Below are positions 60,387 through 64,000 of a stretch of DNA of 64,000 nucleotides, one piece after another. The stretch covers positions 8,736 to 72,735 of the forward strand of contig JAJEAG010000059.1 of the NCBI GenBank assembly GCA_022824265.1, written 5' to 3'. Below the pieces are notes generated by a model, which was not told where the DNA came from, did not search any database, and saw nothing but the letters and a program-made list of their open reading frames with translations. Position numbers and translations under genes: made by a program. Positions within the stretch are counted from its first letter, which is position 1. Each line of letters begins with the position of its first letter. The DNA is from Candidatus Poribacteria bacterium (GTDB lineage Bacteria > Poribacteria > WGA-4E > WGA-3G).

Positions 60387-60953
60387 TTATGAGGTTGGCT
60401 TATGCCTTGCTTTTTCTGATGTTGTTTCTAAAACAGCGATATACGGTAAATTTCTATACATCTGTCCATAATCAAGTCCGTATCCAACGACAAAAACATT
60501 CGGAATTTCAAATCCTGAATAATCAATAGGCACAGAAACTTGACGACGATCAGGTTTATCGAGTAGGGTACAGATCTTAATCGTTTTTGGATTTAGTGTT
60601 CGTAAGTGTTTCATGAGAAACTGTAAGGTTTGTCCCGAATCAATAATGTCCTCTACAATAAGTACATCTTTATCTTCTATGTACCCACTTCCTGAACGTA
60701 TAAATTTTATATTTTTCGATGGTTCAGTACTATCATTGTAACTTGAAGTCTGTAGAAACTCAAACCTTAGTGGTAGCGAAATTTCACGTGCGAGATCCGC
60801 AAAAAACAGTGCAGCACCCCTGAGCACGCAAACCAAGACTAGTTCTTGATTTTCATAATCTTTGGATATCTGCTTGCCAAGTTCTCGTATCCTATTTCGA
60901 ATTTGTGCTTCAGAAAGCAGGATAGTTTTAGGATTCGATATTATCTCTTGCAT
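60387..60953 (-). CDS. hpt: hypoxanthine phosphoribosyltransferase
   Basis: MQEIISNPKTILLSEAQIRNRIRELGKQISKDY..., PRT motif VLIVEDIIDSGQTL. The track ORF is extended upstream into tilS. Confidence 0.8.
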   Translation of the reverse strand: MQEIISNPKTILLSEAQIRNRIRELGKQISKDYENQELVLVCVLRGAALFFADLAREISLPLRFEFLQTSSYNDSTEPSKNIKFIRSGSGYIEDKDVLIVEDIIDSGQTLQFLMKHLRTLNPKTIKICTLLDKPDRRQVSVPIDYSGFEIPNVFVVGYGLDYGQMYRNLPYIAVLETTSEKARHKPTS

Positions 60954-62343
60954 AATATAAATGAAGATACCTTTGTGTTGTTGGGTGAACTTTGAATTTC
61001 TCATTAGTGGTGAAACCGATAACCCACAGAATTTCCTTCCCACAAACAAGCATTGGAATGCGATCACGTTCAAACAGTGGCACTTTTGCATCCATCATAA
61101 AATCTTTTATTTTTTTTGTTCCTCGCATTCCATGAGGTTGAAATCTATCTCCATCTCGTCGATTGCGGATTGTCAACGGTAATTTTATCTTACTATAATC
61201 AAAAATCGCCTCAAAAGAGCCGTCAGGAATGGACAGTAAATCACCTTGCCTACCATCATATAAAATTGCGGTTATTTCTGCATTTAATTCTGGAATTATT
61301 ATACTACCTGATATGCTTAAAGTGTAGGCAAAGTCCTCAGTTTCAACAGGATTTTTCTCAAAGATAAGTTGCTGATATGCCCGTCTGAACTTTACGCCGT
61401 GTGGCAATGTAAACACTGCATTTGGTTTATCGGATTTTACGATGCCAAGCATTGTTTGGTAATGTTGATAGGAATAATCACTAATTTGTCCAATTAAATC
61501 AGTGATACTATGTCTTAGTATCCGTTTTTGCAAAATAATGTGATGTTTTAGAAATTCGTCTCTATCCAATATAATACTTGTGGACTGAGTAAATGAAAGT
61601 CTACAGGAGTCATATAATGCGTAAGTTATTTCATCAAGATATTCCGATTCATCACGTAGGATTTCAGCAGTTCTGCTTAAACCTGTTTTAATATTGGGGT
61701 TATACTTCTGTTCAAGCAATGGTATCAACTCGTGTCGAATTCGGTTTCGTAGATAACGTCTATCTGTATTCGTTGAATCCTGTCTTGGAACAATCCCTTC
61801 TGATTTAAGATAGGCTTCAATTTCTGCACGAGTGAACCGGACAAGCGGTCGAATGAACTTCCCATCTCTTATAGGTTTAATACCTTGTAATCCAGTGGCT
61901 CCAGCTCCACGGATCAAGTTCATTATGACTGTTTCGGCAATATCGTCTTGTTGGTGTCCGAGTGCTATTTTGGTTGCTCCTACCTGCGTACATACAGATT
62001 CAAAAAAGTCGTAACGCGCTTTTCGTCCTGCAGCTTCTACGGAAAGTTTCCACTGTTTTATTAAATGTGGTAATTCAACGGAGTGACCTGTAAAAGGTAG
62101 TTCTAATCGGGTAGCGTGTTCGTGGACGAAGTTTGCATCGGTGGCAGAATCATGTCTGAGACCGTGATCCAAATGAACGACGTGTAGATGGCAGTTTAGA
62201 TTTGTATGTAGGGAATGTAACCCGTAAAGCAGTGCAAGGGAATCAGCACCGCCTGACACTGCAACAAGCACCGTCTCTCCATCCTCAATCATCGCGTGCT
62301 GCAAAATGAAGTGATGCATCTCTCGCAGAAAACGGGCTTTCAT
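60928..62343 (-). CDS. tilS: tRNA(Ile)-lysidine synthetase
   Basis: PP-loop VLVAVSGGADSLALL; 471 aa. Overlaps hpt by 26 nt, the usual tilS-hpt arrangement. Confidence 0.85.
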   Translation of the reverse strand: MKARFLREMHHFILQHAMIEDGETVLVAVSGGADSLALLYGLHSLHTNLNCHLHVVHLDHGLRHDSATDANFVHEHATRLELPFTGHSVELPHLIKQWKLSVEAAGRKARYDFFESVCTQVGATKIALGHQQDDIAETVIMNLIRGAGATGLQGIKPIRDGKFIRPLVRFTRAEIEAYLKSEGIVPRQDSTNTDRRYLRNRIRHELIPLLEQKYNPNIKTGLSRTAEILRDESEYLDEITYALYDSCRLSFTQSTSIILDRDEFLKHHIILQKRILRHSITDLIGQISDYSYQHYQTMLGIVKSDKPNAVFTLPHGVKFRRAYQQLIFEKNPVETEDFAYTLSISGSIIIPELNAEITAILYDGRQGDLLSIPDGSFEAIFDYSKIKLPLTIRNRRDGDRFQPHGMRGTKKIKDFMMDAKVPLFERDRIPMLVCGKEILWVIGFTTNEKFKVHPTTQRYLHLYYARDNIES

Positions 62344-62365
62344 GAGGTATGCCTTTAAAGAACAA

Positions 62366-62437
62366 TGCCGGTGCGGAGAGTCGAACTCCGGACAGCACGA
62401 TTATGAGTCGTGTGCTCTACCACTGAGCTACACCGGC
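62366..62437 (-). tRNA. tRNA with CAU anticodon (elongator Met or, plausibly, tRNA-Ile2/lysidine substrate)
   Basis: rc: GCCGGUGUAGCUCAGUGGUAGAGCACACGACUCAUAAUCGUGCUGUCCGGAGUUCGACUCUCCGCACCGGCA. Cloverleaf folds. Anticodon stem CACGA/UCGUG resembles my recollection of E. coli tRNA-Ile2 (GCGAC/UCGC) more than elongator Met (AUCAC/UGAU). Not an initiator (no GGG/CCC stem, 1:72 paired). Confidence 0.8.
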
Positions 62438-62560
62438 ACGTTAAATGTATTGAATAAGTATATCACATGCCTTTCTTTAAGTCAAACAATTTTTCTTAAC
62501 GTGAGTTTGATAATAGGTATATGAATTTCATTTTTTTAAAAAATCACCCTTATAGACCCG

Positions 62561-62863
62561 GTAGGTGCGGTTTCCTAACCGCACCGAGTCCGAAAATCTG
62601 ATTTATCAACTCACGTTAAAATAATAACTTCTCATTAACAAAAAACGCGTTTGTAGTCGCGTAATTCATTGCCAAATCAACGCCAAATGCGCGTATGGCA
62701 TTTGGCACCTCGGACATTATTGTAGGGGCGAGGTTTCCTCGCCCGCATTGTTATACTATTTTTAAATAATAACTTCTCATTAACAAAAAACGCGTTTGTA
62801 GTCGCGCAATTCATTGCGCCTCTTACATTCTCGTAGGTCGGAGCGAGCAAAGCGACCTACGAC
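62561..62863. repeat. cluster of REP-like elements and repeat units (GTAGG-headed palindromes at 62561, 62722, 62833; two copies of the ~66-bp aaataataacttctcattaacaaa.. element; hairpin gccaaatgc-N7-gcatttggc)
   Basis: Seen directly; copies match 10687-10837, 11318-11341 and 12795-12840. Confidence 0.55.
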
Positions 62864-63033
62864 AAGTATTGTGTCTGAATCAAGATTTACAAAATAAGAG
62901 ATTTATATGCCAATGTTCCTATGCAAAAGTTAGCCCTTCATCCTTCACAACGGAATATATACTACAAATTCCTAATCCTGGAAATCCTGAAATCCTGGAA
63001 ATCCTGGTTCAGACAAAAAACTAAACCCAAAAA

Positions 63034-63646
63034 TCTGAAACATACATGAAAACATACATGAAATATATTGTTCCAACTCCCACAACCCCTTTCATCTCTC
63101 TCCACTACCTGTTATAATACGACCACTATGAAACACAAAAACCGCTTACACCCCACATTCACAACAAAAACCGGCACCCGTCACCAAAAAACATCCACCA
63201 AAAACCGACCAAAATTAAGCAAATAAAAAACGCACAAAAAATGAAAAACTCGGAATTTTCAAAAACCCCTATAAACCCAGTCCCAGACTGGCATAACCCC
63301 AAATATCAAAACGCACCAATGTGCAAAAAACACCCGTTTTTTGTGCGTTTTTAGAAGGAGCAAAAATTGATGTATTTACAAGAAAAGCACAAAGAATTCG
63401 CCGTCAGATCTTACGCAAAATTCATGACAAACAATCAAGTCGCGCAAGCATTCATATAAGAATTCTCTTGTAGGAGCGTGGTTTCCCTGTCCATATTATC
63501 CATACTTATCGTATGGTTAGTGTCTCCCTGCTTATTCGCACAGAGAAACCCTCCTTATGATTGTAATGTGCTGTAGAATCAACTCTTTCTGTGTCTTCCA
63601 CGTCTTCCGAGATTCAAACAGAAAAATCGACAATTGAATGGCTCTG
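63034..63646. repeat. copy 2 of the ~0.5-0.6 kb duplicated G-depleted module (first copy 10951-11466)
   Basis: Same order of conserved blocks: catacatgaaa, cctgttataatac, caacaaaaaccg.cacccgtcacc, aaaacgcac..gtgcgttttt hairpin, SD+ATG short ORF, ctcc.tatgatt..aatgt..., cagaaaaatcg.caattgaatg.ctctg. Confidence 0.6.
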
Positions 63647-63663
63647 TATAACTACTAAAAAAA

Positions 63664-63692
63664 GTTGACATCAGTAACTGTACTGTCTATAA
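63664..63692 (+). promoter_or_regulatory. consensus sigma-70 promoter (TTGACA-17 nt-TATAAT) upstream of the 63756 gene
   Basis: ttgacatcagtaactgtactgtctataat. Confidence 0.5.
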
Positions 63693-63755
63693 TACATTAG
63701 GTATTATCAAAACCAGAGGGATGCTGTCCCTTTCTATATTAATAAGTAATAAACA

Positions 63756-64000
63756 TGAAACAAATAGCAATTCTATTATTAATTACGGTTATATGTGGTA
63801 TTCAACCGCTGTTTGCACAAACACCGGAATCTCCTCCTACACTCCCCGAAGAAGAAAAATCAGTTGAGGATAATAGCCAAATTACTGAACCCGTATCGCA
63901 AACAACACAAGAACAACAATCCACAACACAAGTAGATCAATCCTCAGAAGACGAAAAACAAGATACCGAAAATGATTCACTGCCTCCACCTGAAGAAATT
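63756..64000 (+). CDS. secreted acidic/Q-,T-rich protein, N-terminal fragment (continues beyond window)
   Basis: Own translation MKQIAILLLITVICGIQPLFAQTPESPPTLPEEEKSVEDNS... with a signal peptide; no stop before the window end. Confidence 0.5.

Overview
This is a 64 kb bacterial chromosomal segment of roughly 45-48% GC with dense coding on both strands. Likely marine/heterotrophic, but no taxonomic assignment can be made from sequence alone.

The coding content is dominated by a glycan/sulfated-sugar degradation theme. There are four formylglycine-type sulfatases, a D-galactonate dehydratase, an Ldh_2-family dehydrogenase, three Gfo/Idh/MocA oxidoreductases, three phytanoyl-CoA-dioxygenase-family proteins plus a fourth truncated at the left edge, and an amidohydrolase.

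Housekeeping genes are interleaved with these:
- A fused glyQS in an apparent operon with a 1292-aa HEAT-repeat protein, a NIPSNAP protein and a PhyH.
- recO, followed by tRNA-Pro.
- The conserved phoH-ybeY-corC(ybeX) operon.
- tilS-hpt, with a CAU-anticodon tRNA immediately upstream.
- A tRNA-Leu(UAA)/initiator tRNA-fMet pair behind a consensus sigma-70 promoter.

Accessory content includes a Fic protein, an intact higBA pair, hicB with a frameshifted hicA, a Uma2 endonuclease, and a PorV-like barrel next to a large secreted protein carrying a T9SS-type C-terminal domain.

The most notable observations:
1. A B12-binding radical-SAM gene has an in-frame TGA followed by AEP codons, giving a C-U-A-E-P selenocysteine tail. 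It sits in a cluster with DUF169, SDR, sulfatase and amidase-like genes.
2. GTAG-headed REP-like palindromes are clustered in a few intergenic hotspots.
3. A ~0.5-0.6 kb G-depleted non-coding module is present in two copies upstream of unrelated genes, each with a conserved hairpin+U-tract and a short conserved ORF start.
4. An AT-rich orphan 862-aa protein with a zinc ribbon sits between glyQS and a sulfatase.
5. One ORF encodes an ECF sigma factor, a TM helix and a BNR beta-propeller.
6. One ORF encodes a PorV-like barrel fused to a lytic-transglycosylase domain.
7. An unlisted 59-aa BrnA-like ORF sits upstream of a nuclease-like protein.

No CRISPR array, integrase/transposase or rRNA was found.
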